A stretch of DNA of 64,000 nt from Lingula anatina (taxonomy: Eukaryota; Animalia; Brachiopoda), in assembly GCA_051362555.1 (NCBI GenBank), contig CM120647.1, positions 12,562,651 to 12,626,650 on the forward strand, written 5' to 3'. The notes beneath the pieces are model-generated. The model did not search any database. It was given only the letters and a program-made list of their open reading frames with translations, and had not been told where the DNA came from. Both the position numbers and the translations under genes were made by a program. Positions 1 to 11,479 of the stretch are shown here, one piece after another. Every line of letters starts with the position of its first letter. The first letter of the stretch is position 1.

Positions 1-189
1 GTATTTTTTTAATCTCCATTCAAATTTGTTGAATGGCTTTGTTAGCTAAAAATGCACCTCCCTTGTAGAAACTACAAACCCAGCATAAACATATTTTTAA
101 AGAAAGTTATTGAATGTTTTTATATTGTATTTTAGGGACATTCACATTATACTTGCCTAATTGTAGGTTTGCTTCTTCAAATTTACAAG

Positions 190-545
190 GGAATTAAGCT
201 CCATCTGATAAAAGCAAATTTGAGTTTGAAAATCATCAAGATTGGCCATTTTCTCGAAAGGGAAGGTGCATTTTTGGAGTTTTGCAAATCATTTAGAGTG
301 GATAACTGCAAATAATCATAAATGCCAGGAATATGGGGAAAAAACATTGGAGTCATAAAGATTTTGAAAAAAAAAATATATTTTGAAAACTGGATACGAT
401 GGTATTGACACTGAGCGACATAAAAAAAGTTAAAAAATGTGGCACCCAAGTTTTTAATGTAAAACATTTCCAAAAACATATATTCTGATAGAATCACAAT
501 TCCGGCTGAACGCTACATTCAAGATACATTTACGACCCAGTTTAT
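190..545. repeat. Dispersed repeat of unknown class; copies at ~5245-5600, ~10900-11295 and ~41490-41770
   Basis: Shared TTTGCAAATCATT..AGAGTGGATAACTGCA..ATAAATGCCAGGAA..TGACACTGAG blocks, including one copy outside the segmental duplication. Confidence 0.7.
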
Positions 546-735
546 TAGTATCGTGTTCAGTGACAATAAAAAAAAATGTACAAGCACATAGTTATATTTC
601 TTTTTACATATTTCTGATCGCTTTGTCATTGTGGTATGTCATTTCTAGCAAACATTTAACAGTATCATGCACGTTGTATCACGTGAACACTAAACAGAAC
701 AGTTTTATATGTGACATATTTATGATATTGCTTTT

Positions 736-2155
736 TCATTGTGGTACGTCCTTTCTGACAAACACTATATCTTGGCTCCCTAGTATAGTCCCTTCCCTAT
801 AGAGTCCTGTATTTTTGAAGATCTCCCTAATTGCTTTCTCACGTTTTGGCGTATCAGGACCTCCGCCGTGAACTGCGTACTCTATCGTCCACACGTCCAC
901 GGTGACGTGTTGCCATGGAAACGATTTGAGGATTTCTATTTCGGCACCCTCTACGTCCAAGGTAAAGTAGTCTACGTGATTCCGGCCGATGGTGGCCAGG
1001 AGAGAGCGAATGGGAAAACATTGTGTGCGACTTTTTCCTTCAATGGCGTTTTGTTCGCCTTTAGAAATAGCGTAGCTTTTTTCGGCCATTCCTCCTATCT
1101 CATGGGCGAACGTAAAATCAACCATTGCGGGACTGTGGCCCGTTGCCAAGCACGTATTAGCAACATAGGTTTTCCTATAAAGAAAAAAAAATAGAAATAC
1201 ACACCTAATCTATGAAGGTGTGAGCAGCTTCATGTACATGCCAAATTCATAACGTCATCAAGAATAAAAGAGGCCATTCTTGAACGGGTTCAACAACAAG
1301 CAAGGTGGCCTGAGATAGAAGCTACCATATCTTGGGAACATTCCGCGCATACTGTTACCACGTGGCGGCTTTGTAATAAGGTCCAGGCCCGTAGCCAGCA
1401 ATTTCAAAGCGGGGGTTCTCTTCTGAAAAAAGTGGACCTTTTAGCATGAAACCTTCATTTACCTAGATAAAATTTTACCCAACCTTTTCCCAACCCCCAA
1501 ACTCCCTCTGGCTACGGGGGGCAAGAAGGCCTTGTGGTGAGGTCGAAATGTTGTGACCTTTGCTTCAGAACGTGAGATCTAGTACAAGACCAAATTTCAT
1601 TTCCAACAGTATATTTGCATGTAAACAACTTGATAGAACAAAACATTTGTTTGACTTATACCTGTTTTTGTTCAAAAGAGCTTGAAAAGACCACGGGTTT
1701 GGCTCAACAAGCAATCCTTCCCATTCTCGTGAAATCTCGAAGAAGAGAGAATTGGAATGAGCCTCTCCATCATATGCTCCTGATTCCACGAAGAATCCTT
1801 TGCGACGTTGCTTCAGAATTTTATCTACCAATTTTGATTGTCCAATTTGATCCCAGTATTTTGCCTTTGGGTTGGAAAGATTATATGGCAGCTTGGAAGG
1901 AGGGAGAATCCATTTCCCTCTTAAGTGTTCTAAAAGGTCTTCATTGACGGCGTCTATGTTCCCGGTGCCCAGACGTTTGATGAACTCCGTGGTTATGGTG
2001 CACTTTTGTTTAAGTTCCTTTTTAGAATTACTCGAGTGTTTAGAGAAAAGATTTGGTTTTAATTCCCTAACATGGCGAAAAATGAGCGATGAAATTAAAA
2101 ACACTATAAAGATAACGACGAGAACTATGGTCCTTCGTTGATACATTGCCATCAT
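736..2155 (-). CDS. FkbM/Methyltransf_21-family SAM-dependent methyltransferase, Star-like type II membrane protein, copy 1. Coding exons 2155..1662 and 1174..736; 310 aa
   Basis: N-terminal TM helix (IVLVVIFIVFLISSLIF); SAM motif GFFVESGAYDG..SNSLFFE..WEGLLVEPN; DYFTLDVEGAE motif. GT-AG intron 1661..1175 (AG|GTATAA ... TTTATAG|G) joins KNR-KTYVANTCL in frame (933 nt). Candidate 5' UTR intron 3082..2198; AATAAA on - at 541-546. Confidence 0.88.
1384..1521. mobile_element. Short MITE in the methyltransferase intron; copies ~6424-6561, ~12188-12320, inverted copy ~59050-59220
   Basis: Imperfect TIR CAGGCCCGTAGCCAG ... CTGGCTACGGG; dispersed inverted copy. Confidence 0.65.
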
Positions 2156-2764
2156 GTTTGTTAAGTTATTTATCTTTTATATTTCTTCTTTCGTCACCTG
2201 CAACTATATCAAAATAGTTAGGAGTTAGCTGTTCCAACAGGGATTTTTAAAATGGAGGAGTTGGATCAGATACTGTAGCTTGCTCCTGTATCTCGAGAAC
2301 TTATTGTGTTGTATTGTGCCGTGTAACGTGAAGCAGAGTCCCCCATGACAGATACTCCGCTTTCCATTGATTTTACGTGTAAGCTTCACTTAAGATTTTG
2401 ATTCACTAAGGCTAGGCTAACCCTAGACATTATTACTATATGGATGGCGGTCTTTCTTTTACATGGATCCTCAGTTCCGTTACACCAGAATCTGTTGTAA
2501 ACAATTCGTAAACAATTTATTCAACCTGCCAGTGGGCATTTAAAAGTGCTACATCTAAAGGAAATTAAAAATAGGTAACCTGATTTTCTGTGATGCTTTA
2601 GACACTAAACTGCAGTAAAAACATTACATGTCAGTTTTAATCTGATAAACAATACCACTATATCAAGTTTTACAAAATAAAAATAAAGTCATTGGTCAAT
2701 CCATTTCCATTTCATATGATATGATTCTTAGGGAGCTCTCTGAATAACAGGTTATGTACTGTAG

Positions 2765-2765
<1 letters not shown>

Positions 2766-2820
<55 letters not shown>
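2766..2820. repeat. (TAA)n microsatellite; shorter paralogue at ~7800-7831
   Basis: Direct reading. Confidence 0.95.
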
Positions 2821-2822
<2 letters not shown>

Positions 2823-3417
2823 AGATGAAACAAGAAAAAGTGGTTAAACAATTAAAAGTGACAGTTCTTTTAAAGGACACATGGTTAGTGAGATTATCAG
2901 TTTACCCCTCCTTTATTTTGAGAAGCCCCTTCATTTAAGGTAGACAGAATAATTTCTCTTATTCTCAATATAATAACTGCATTACACAAGTCTTTCCCGG
3001 ATGCTCTTATAGCCTAAACAAATTCCATAGTTTTATTCCATTTTATTCCATTAGTATTGAATTGTAGTCAAGTAGTACCTACCTTTTGTCTTCTGTAGGG
3101 CCGTGTTCCCAATTGTATCACCCACACCTAGTCAGCCACTGTTCTATATGATGCAATCTTGCTGAAGGCGAACAGCGTGTTTAATGCAAAACCTGCGCTA
3201 GGACAGAGGATCACTGATGTCAGCCCTTAAAATCCCATTTGCATACAATCGTCACAAACTTTATATGCTGAAGTCATTAATTTTTTTTATTTGTGGTAGT
3301 CCCTCTTACATCATCTATATCTAGTCCTACACTATTTTATATCACAAATGAAAATTATCAAACGGAAGCCGTAAAACTTTCAGACCGCCATAAAAGTTTT
3401 AGCATCCTGCTTTGACT

Positions 3418-3612
3418 GGTTTTCTACACTTAGATCGATCTAACAGGATCGATCCATCTCCACGGGTTTCCCCTTTAATTGCTTTCAGCTTAAGTGGCTT
3501 CAGTAAGCGTGACAGAGATCTAAGCCACTTAATTTGATTGCAATTTAGGGAGAATCCCCTTGGAGATAGATCGATCCACAGTTAGTCCGATAGGGTCTGG
3601 AAATGGTCCCTA
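3418..3612. mobile_element. MITE family with TAGATCGATC-containing arms; copies ~8430-8865, 12983-13187, ~54466-54732, ~62990-63160
   Basis: Inverted arms ..TTCCCATAGA..TAGATCGATC / GATCGATCT..GGGAATGG; dispersed in both orientations. Confidence 0.7.
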
Positions 3613-4029
3613 TATCGCTTCCCGCTTTATTCATTGTTGTTAATGTTAGTGTCCATGTCTTTGGGCTGTATAATAGAGTTGGCCATATGTAACACTTTAA
3701 ATTAATATGCAACATTAGACTATCGAGGTATATAGAACGTGTAAATTATGTTAGTTGAAAGATATTGGGGATGAACACACTCCATTCTGAAAATTCCATA
3801 CTACAGCACACGTAGTCAGAGAAACGTTTGAGAGTATTGTCATAAAAAATCAAGGGTCTTTTAACTATTGAAATTATAATAGTTTAACAATACTTATCAA
3901 TAAAATGTTTTGGAAAACGTGTATCTGGATTAAGATAATTGTCCATGAGGGAAAATGTTCATTAGCTTGGTGGTTAGATCAAAAAGGTAGATGAATATAT
4001 TTACCACAACCTGGAATGTTGACATAACG

Positions 4030-4850
4030 TCATCTTACGACCAACCTGGACGTAGGCCATCATCAGACTGATGTGGGCAGATGTTGACACTCACTGACTG
4101 CTAGGTGGTATAGCGGCTAGGTCCCTCTTATAAATGTCAGGTAGATCGACACCCCGTCCCTTTTCATAGGTGACTGTTACATGTAACGGCTGCTGTTTAT
4201 AGTCTCTTCTATCTTCCATGGGATATCAAGGACTCAGATTCAAGGATCTTGGTGGATTCCATTCAATTTGACAGGAATGGTAGTCCTATAGAGATGGGGT
4301 CCCATATGATAAGTACAGATTAGCGTTAGTTGAGGTATTGGGTTTAGACTACGGGACTAATGTAAACTGTACAAAGTAATGGGAAACCGACTTCATTCCT
4401 GTCACACCGGTGTCTATTACATGTTCAGAAATGGCAGTCACTGGTCTCCTGTATCCATTAACCCTGGTTTTGAACTGTCTACCCGTCTCACTTATGTAAA
4501 AGGGATTGCAATAATGATTGCATTTGATGTTTTACATGTCCCCACAACGTTGTTCTCGAGGGGTGAAGCTAGTCCTTTGGTGCCACTAGGTGTTGTTTTA
4601 CTGTGCACTGGGGTATAAAGGCCTTTGACACATTGCTTGTACTTATAGATCCTGCAGACTTTCTCTGAAATTCCTTTACAGTAAGTGGGAATCACTAGCT
4701 GTTTTTTCTGACTGTATCTGTTGGCTCACATTTGGTCTCTACTGTCCTGTTCTGATGCGGCTGTAATTTAAATGCCCCAGATGGGTAGCCACACACATTG
4801 CAGATTGAAAATCTCTATCGGTAGATTACAGCCTAGAGACTGTCACATTA
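4030..4850 (-). mobile_element. Degenerate Penelope-like element: GIY-YIG endonuclease region plus pLTR-like end. Paralogue ~9290-10520; short end copy ~17350-17440
   Basis: Minus-strand fragments IPTYCKGISEKVCRIY, KQHLVAPKD and CNPFYISETGRQFKTRVN..RRPVTAISEH match the GIY-YIG YIGETGR motif; downstream CTGATGA plus hairpin. Confidence 0.72.
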
Positions 4851-5784
4851 TATACTGCAATTTTAAAACAGTTGCACTGGTTAAAATTTTAGTTTTTACG
4901 CATGCTGAATCTTTCAAAAATCTATCTCTTTCCTATGTACATATCTGATAAACATTATACATTGTATGTGTGTGTGTTAAAATAATTTATTAGGAGGATT
5001 ATTGTTTTTTTTCCCCTTGCATTTATTTTGGCGATGCCTTGTAATTGCCTAACTGTATTTTTTTTTATCTCCATTCAAATTTGTTGAATGGCTTTGTTAG
5101 CTAAAAATGCACCTCCCTTGTAGAAACTACAAACCAAGCATAAACATATTTTTAAAGAAAGTTATTGAATGTTTTTATATTGTATTTTAGGGACATTCAC
5201 ATTATACTTGCCTAATTGTAGGTTTGCTTCTTCAAATTTACAAGGGAATTAAGCTCCATCTGATAAAAGCAAATTTGAGTTTGAAAATCATCAAGATTGG
5301 CCATTTTCTCGAAAGGGAAGGTGCATTTTTTGAGTTTTGCAAATCATTTAGAGTGGATAACTGCAAATAATCATAAATGCCAGGAATATTGGGAAAAAAC
5401 ATTGGAGTCATAAAGATTTTGAAAAAAAAAAATTTGAAAACTGGATACGATGGTATTGACACTGAGCGACATAAAAAAGTTAAAAAATGTGGCACCCCAG
5501 TTTTTAATTTAAAACATGTCCAAAAACATATATTCTGATAGAATAACAATTCCGGCTGAACGCTACATTCAAGATACATTTACGACCCAGTTTATTAGTA
5601 TCGTGTTCAGTGACAATAAAAAAAATGTACAAGCACATAGTTGTATTTCTTTTTACATATTTCTGATCGCTTTGTCATTGTGGTATGCCCTTTCTAGCAA
5701 ACATTTAACAGTATCATTCACGTTGTATCACATGAACACTAAACAGAACAGTTTTATATGTGACATATTTATGATATTGCTTTT

Positions 5785-7195
5785 TCATTGTGGTAAGTCC
5801 TTTCTGACAAACACTATATCTTGGCTCCCTAGTATAGTCCCTTCCCTATAGAGTCCTGTATTTTTGAAGATCTCCCTAATTGCTTTCTCACGTTTTGGCG
5901 TATCAGGACCTCCGCCGTGAACTGCGTACTCTATCGTCCACACGTCCACGGTGACGTGTTGCCATGGAAACGATTTGAGGATTTCTATTTCGGCACCTTC
6001 TACGTCCAAGGTAAAGTAGTCTACGTGATTCCGGCCGATGGCGGCCAGGAGAGAGCGAATGGGAAAACATTGTATGCGACTTTTTCCTTCAATGGCGTTT
6101 TGTTCGCCTTTAGAAATAGCGTAGCTTTTTTCGGCCATTCCTCCTATCTCATGAGCGAACGTAAAATCAACCATTGCGGGACTGTGGCCCGTTGCCAAGC
6201 ACGTATTAGCAACATAGGTTTTCCTATAAAGAAAAAAAAATAGAAATACACACCTAATCTATGAAGGTGTGAGCAGCTTCATGTACATGCCAAATTCATA
6301 ACGTCATCAAGAATAAAAGAGGCCATTCTTGAACGGGTTCAACAACAAGCAAGGTGGCCTGAGATAGAAGCTACCATATCTGTTACCATATCTGTTACCA
6401 CGTGGCGGCTTCGTAATAAGGTCCAGGCCCGTAGCAAGCAATTTCAAAGCGGGGGTTCTCTTCTGAAAAAAGTGGACCTTTTAGCATGAAACCTTCATTT
6501 ACCTAGAAAAAATTTTACCCAACCTTTTCCCAACCCCCAAACTCCCTCTGGCTACGGGGGGCAAGAAGGCCTTGTGGTGAGGTCGAAATGTTGTGACCTT
6601 TGCTTCAGAACGTGAGATTTAGTACAAGACCAAATTTCATTTCCAACAGTATATTTGCATGTAAACAACTTGATAGAACAAAACATTTGTTTGACTTATA
6701 CCTGTTTTTGTTCAAAAGAGCTTGAAAAGACCACGGGTTTGGCTCCACAAGCAATCCTTCCCATTCTCGTGAAATCTCGAAGAAGAGAGAATTGGAATGA
6801 GCCTCTCCATCATATGCTCCTGATTCCACGAAGAATCCTTTGCGACGTTGCTTTAGAATCTTATCTACCAATTTTGATTGTCCAATTTGATCCCAGTATT
6901 TTTCCTTTGGGTTGGAAAGATTATATGGCAGTTTGGAAGGAGGGAGAATCCATTTCCCTCTTAAGTGTTCTAAAAGGTCTTCATTGACGGCGTCTATGTT
7001 CCCGGTGCCCAGACGTGTGATGAACTCCGTGGTTATGGTGCACTTTTGTTTAAGTTCCTTTTTAGAATTACTCGAGTGTTTAGAGAAAAGATTTGGTTTT
7101 AATTCCCTAACATGGCGAAAAATGAGCGATGAAATTAAAAACACTATAAAGATAACGACGAGAACTATGGTCCTTCGTTGATACATTGCCATCAT
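5785..7195 (-). CDS. FkbM-family methyltransferase, copy 2. Exons 7195..6702 and 6223..5785; 310 aa
   Basis: Same exon structure and splice sites as copy 1; 5 aa differences seen (K>T, A>E, T>I, T>A, V>L). Confidence 0.88.
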
Positions 7196-7799
7196 GTTTG
7201 TTAAGTTATTTATCTTTTATATTTCTTCTTTCGTCACCTGCAACTAGATCAAAATAGTTAGGAGTTAGCTGTTCCAACAAGGATTTTTAAAATGGAGGAG
7301 TTGGATCAGATACTGTAGCTTGCTCATGTATCTCGAGAACTTATTGTGTTGTATTGTGCGGTGTAACGTGACGCAGAGTCCCCCATGACAGATACTCCGC
7401 TTTCCATTGATTTTACGTGTAAGCTTCACTTAAGATTTTGATTCACTAAGGCTAGGCTAACCCTAGACATTATTACTATATGGAGGGCGGTCTTTCTTTT
7501 ACATGGATCCTCAGTTCCGTTACACCAGAATCTGTTGTAAACAATTCGTAAACAATTTATTCAACCTGCCAGTGGGCATTTAAAAGTGCTACATCTAAAG
7601 GAAATTAAAAATAGGTAACCTGATTTTCTGTGATGCTTTAGACACTAAACTGCAGTAAAAACATTACATGTCAGTTTTAATCTGATAAACAATACCACTA
7701 TATCAAGTTTTACAAAATAAAAATAAAGTCATTGGTCAATCCATTTCCATTTCATATGATTCTTAGGGAGCTCTCTGAATAACAGGTTATGTACTGTAG

Positions 7800-7833
<34 letters not shown>

Positions 7834-9440
7834 AGATGAAACAAGAAAAAGTGGTTAAACAATTAAAAGTGACAGTTCTTTTAAAGGACACATGGTTAGT
7901 GAGATTATCAGTTTACCCCTCCTTTATTTTGAGAAGCCCCTTCATTTAATGCAGACAGAATAATTTCTCTTATTCTCAATATAATAACTGCATTACACAA
8001 GTCTTTCCCGGATGCTCTTATAGCCTAAACAAATTCCATAGTTTTATGATAGACGAGCAAGGTATTAGTATTGAATTGTAGTCAAGTAGTACCTACCTTT
8101 TGTCTTCTGTAGAGCCGTGTTCCCAATTGTATCACCTACACCTAGTCAGCCACTGTTCTATATGATGCAATCTTGCTGAAGGCGAACAGCATGTTTAATG
8201 CAAAACCTGCGCTAGGACAGAGGATCACTGATGTCAGCCCTTAAAATCCCATTTGCATACAATCGTCACAAACTTTATATGCTGAAGTCATTAATTTATT
8301 AATGGTGGGAATCCCTTCTGCATCATCTATATCTTGGCATACAATATTTTATATCACAAATGACAATTATCAAACGGAAGCCGAAAAACTTTCATACCGC
8401 CATAAAAGTTTTAGCATCCTGCTTTGACTGGTTTCCCACACCTAGATCGATCTAAGAGGATCGATCCATCTCCACGGGTTTCCCCTTAAATTGCTTTCAG
8501 CTTAAGTGGCTTCAGTAGGCGTGACAGAGATCTAAGCCATTTAATTTGATTACAATTTGTTGTAGTCCCTCTTACATCATCTACACTATTTTATATCACA
8601 AATGAAAATTATCAAACGGAAGCCGAAAAACTTTCATACCGCCATAAAAGTTTTAGCATCCTGCTTTGACTGGTTTCCCACACCTAGATCGATCTAACAG
8701 GATCGATCCATCTCCACAGGGTTTCTCGCTCAATTGCTTTCAGCTTAAGTGGCTTCAGTAGGCGTGACAGAGATCTAAGCCACTTAATTTGATTGCAATT
8801 TAGCGAGAATCCCCTTGGAGATAGATCGATCCACAGTTAGTCAGATAGGGTCTGGAAATGGTCCCTACATCGCTTCCCGCTTTAATCATTGTTGTTTATG
8901 TTAGTGTCCATGTCTTTGGGCTGTATAATAGAGTTGGCCATATGTAACACTTTAAATTAATATGCAAACTTAGACAACCGGGGTTTATAGAACGTGTAAA
9001 TTATGTTAGTTGAAAGATATTGGGGATGAACACCACTTCATTCTCAAAATTCCATACTACAGCACACGTAGTCAGAGAAACGTTTGAGAGTATTGCCATA
9101 AAAAATCAAGGGTCTTTTAACTATTGAAATTATAATAGTTTAACAATACTTATCAATAAAATGTTTTGGAAAACGTGTTTCTGGATTAAGATAATTGTCA
9201 TGAGGGAAAATGTTCATTAGCTTGGTGGTTAGATCAAAAAGGTAGATGAATATATTAAACACAACCTGGAATGTTGGCATACCGATATCTTACGATCAAC
9301 CTGGACGTAGGCCATCATCAGACTGATGTGAGAAGATGTTGACACTCACTGACTGCTAGGTGGTATAGCGGCCATGCCCCTCTTATAATTGTCAGGTAGA
9401 TCGACTCCCCGTCCCTATTCATGGGTGGCTGGTACATGTA

Positions 9441-9990
9441 CAGGCCTGCCCAACTACCAGACTCGGCACCTAAGGATCCTGAATTAACCGGTATATCGGA
9501 CCACACTACCCGTTTTCAAGGTGTGTGTCAGATCGCATTTCGGAGTATCATACCCCAGAACAAATTTTGTAGCACGACTGCGGGCTCATCCACGCTCGGC
9601 TGAACAACCTTAAACTGTACTCTTACTTTAGAGTACTCTATTTTATTGTCTCTATGAGGGTATATGGGGACTTTAGCCCATTCGGTTTGAATGTTTTAAC
9701 CACTTTTGATAAGGCTTTTTTTTTGCATTGTATTAGATTAATGTGGCAGTCTAAGGTTCATCTAGGTGGCTTTCAAATTTATGCACCCGGTTTTAAAATC
9801 ATATAACGATTTTACGACAATCCTTTACTATCCAATCAAGGTGACACCCGATCATTGGTTCATCCTGTCGGTGTTCTGGCTGATACTCCGAAATGCGTTC
9901 TGACACACACCTTGAAAACGTGTAGTGTGGTCCGATATACCGGTTTATTCAGGATCCTTATGTGCCGAGCCTGGTAGTTGGGTAGGCCTG
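9441..9990. mobile_element. 550-bp MITE with ~110-bp TIRs and 5-bp TSD ATGTA
   Basis: CAGGCCTGCCCAACTACCAG... / ...CTGGTAGTTGGGTAGGCCTG; ATGTA at 9436-9440 and 9991-9995; empty site in unit 1 at 4181-4185. Confidence 0.93.
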
Positions 9991-11479
9991 ATGTAACGGC
10001 TGCTGTTTATAGTCTCTGCTATCTTCCATGGGATGTCGATTGACTCAAAGTAATAGCAAACGGGCTTCCATTCCTGTCACACCGGTGTCTATTACATGTT
10101 CATAAATTGCAGTCACTGATCTCCTGTATTCATTAACCCTGGTTTTGAACTGTCTACCTGTGTCACTTATGTAAAAGGAATCATGGAATTTGGTGTTTTA
10201 TATGTCCCCACAACGTTGTTCTCGAGGGGTGTAGCTAGTTCTTTGGTGCCCCTAGGTGTTGTTTTAATGAGCACTGGGGTATAAAGGCCTTTTGACACAA
10301 TGCTTGTACTTGTAGATTATGCAGGTTTTCTCTGGAATTCCTTTACAGTAAGTGGGAATCACTAGCTAATTTTTCTGATTGTATCTGTTGGCTCACATTT
10401 TGTTTCTACTGTCCTGTCCTGATGCGGTTTTCATTTAAAAGCCCCAGATGGGTAGCCACACACATTGCAAATTGAAAACACCCACCGGTAGATTACAGCC
10501 TAGAGACTGTCACATTATAAACGGCAATTTTATAACATTTGCACTTGTTAAAATTTTAGTATTTACACATGCTGAATTTAAAAAAAAATCTATCTTTCAT
10601 ATGTACAGATCTGATAAAACATTTTAAATTGTACGTGTGTGTGTTAAAATAATTTATTAGGAGGATTATTGTTTTTTTTTTCATTTTTCCTGACATTTAT
10701 TTGGCGATGTTTGCCTCGTGATTGCCAATCTCCATTCAAATTTGTTAAATGGTTTTGTTACGTAAAAAGCAGCTCACTAGTAGAGACTATAAACCCAGTA
10801 TAAACATATTTTTTTCACGAAAGTTTTTGAATATTTTTTGTATTGTATTATAGGGACATTCACATTATACTTGCCTAATTGTATCTTTGCTTCTTCAAAT
10901 TTGCAAGGGAATTAAGCTCCATCTGATAAAAGCAAAATTGAGTTTGAAAATCGTCAAGATCGGTCATTTTCTCGAAAGGGGAGGTGCATTTTTTAGGGTT
11001 TTTCAAATTATTTAGAGTAGATAACTGCAGGTTCGTCAGCGAAAGGACCCCCAAAACGCAAATAATCATAAATGCCAGGAACATGGGGAAAATCCTTGGC
11101 ATCATAAAGATTTTGAAAAATTATTTTGAAAATTGGACACGATGGAATTGACACTGAGTGACATAAAAATTTAAAAAATGTGGCACCCCAGTTTTTAATT
11201 AAAAACATGTCCACAAAAGTACTTTTTTTATAAAATCTCAAATCCGGTTGAACACTACGTTTAAGACACGTAAATATACGACCCAGTTTATTCGTATCGT
11301 GTTCAGTGAAAATTAAATAATTGTACAAGAACATAGTTGTATATTTTATACATATTCCTGATTGCTTTGTCATTCTGGTATGTCCTCTATGACAAACATT
11401 TATCGGTATCATTCATATTGTATCACGTTAACACTAAACAGACCAGTTTTATATGTGACATATTTATGATATTGCTTTT

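Noticed and set aside
1565-1661. C-terminal extension YKSNKCFVLSS.. of the 196-aa ORF
   Set aside because: Intron read-through; copy 3 has a stop right after the donor, and splicing restores the FkbM domain.
868-1947. Plus-strand ORFs overlapping the methyltransferase exons
   Set aside because: Antisense shadow ORFs, repeated only because the DNA is duplicated.
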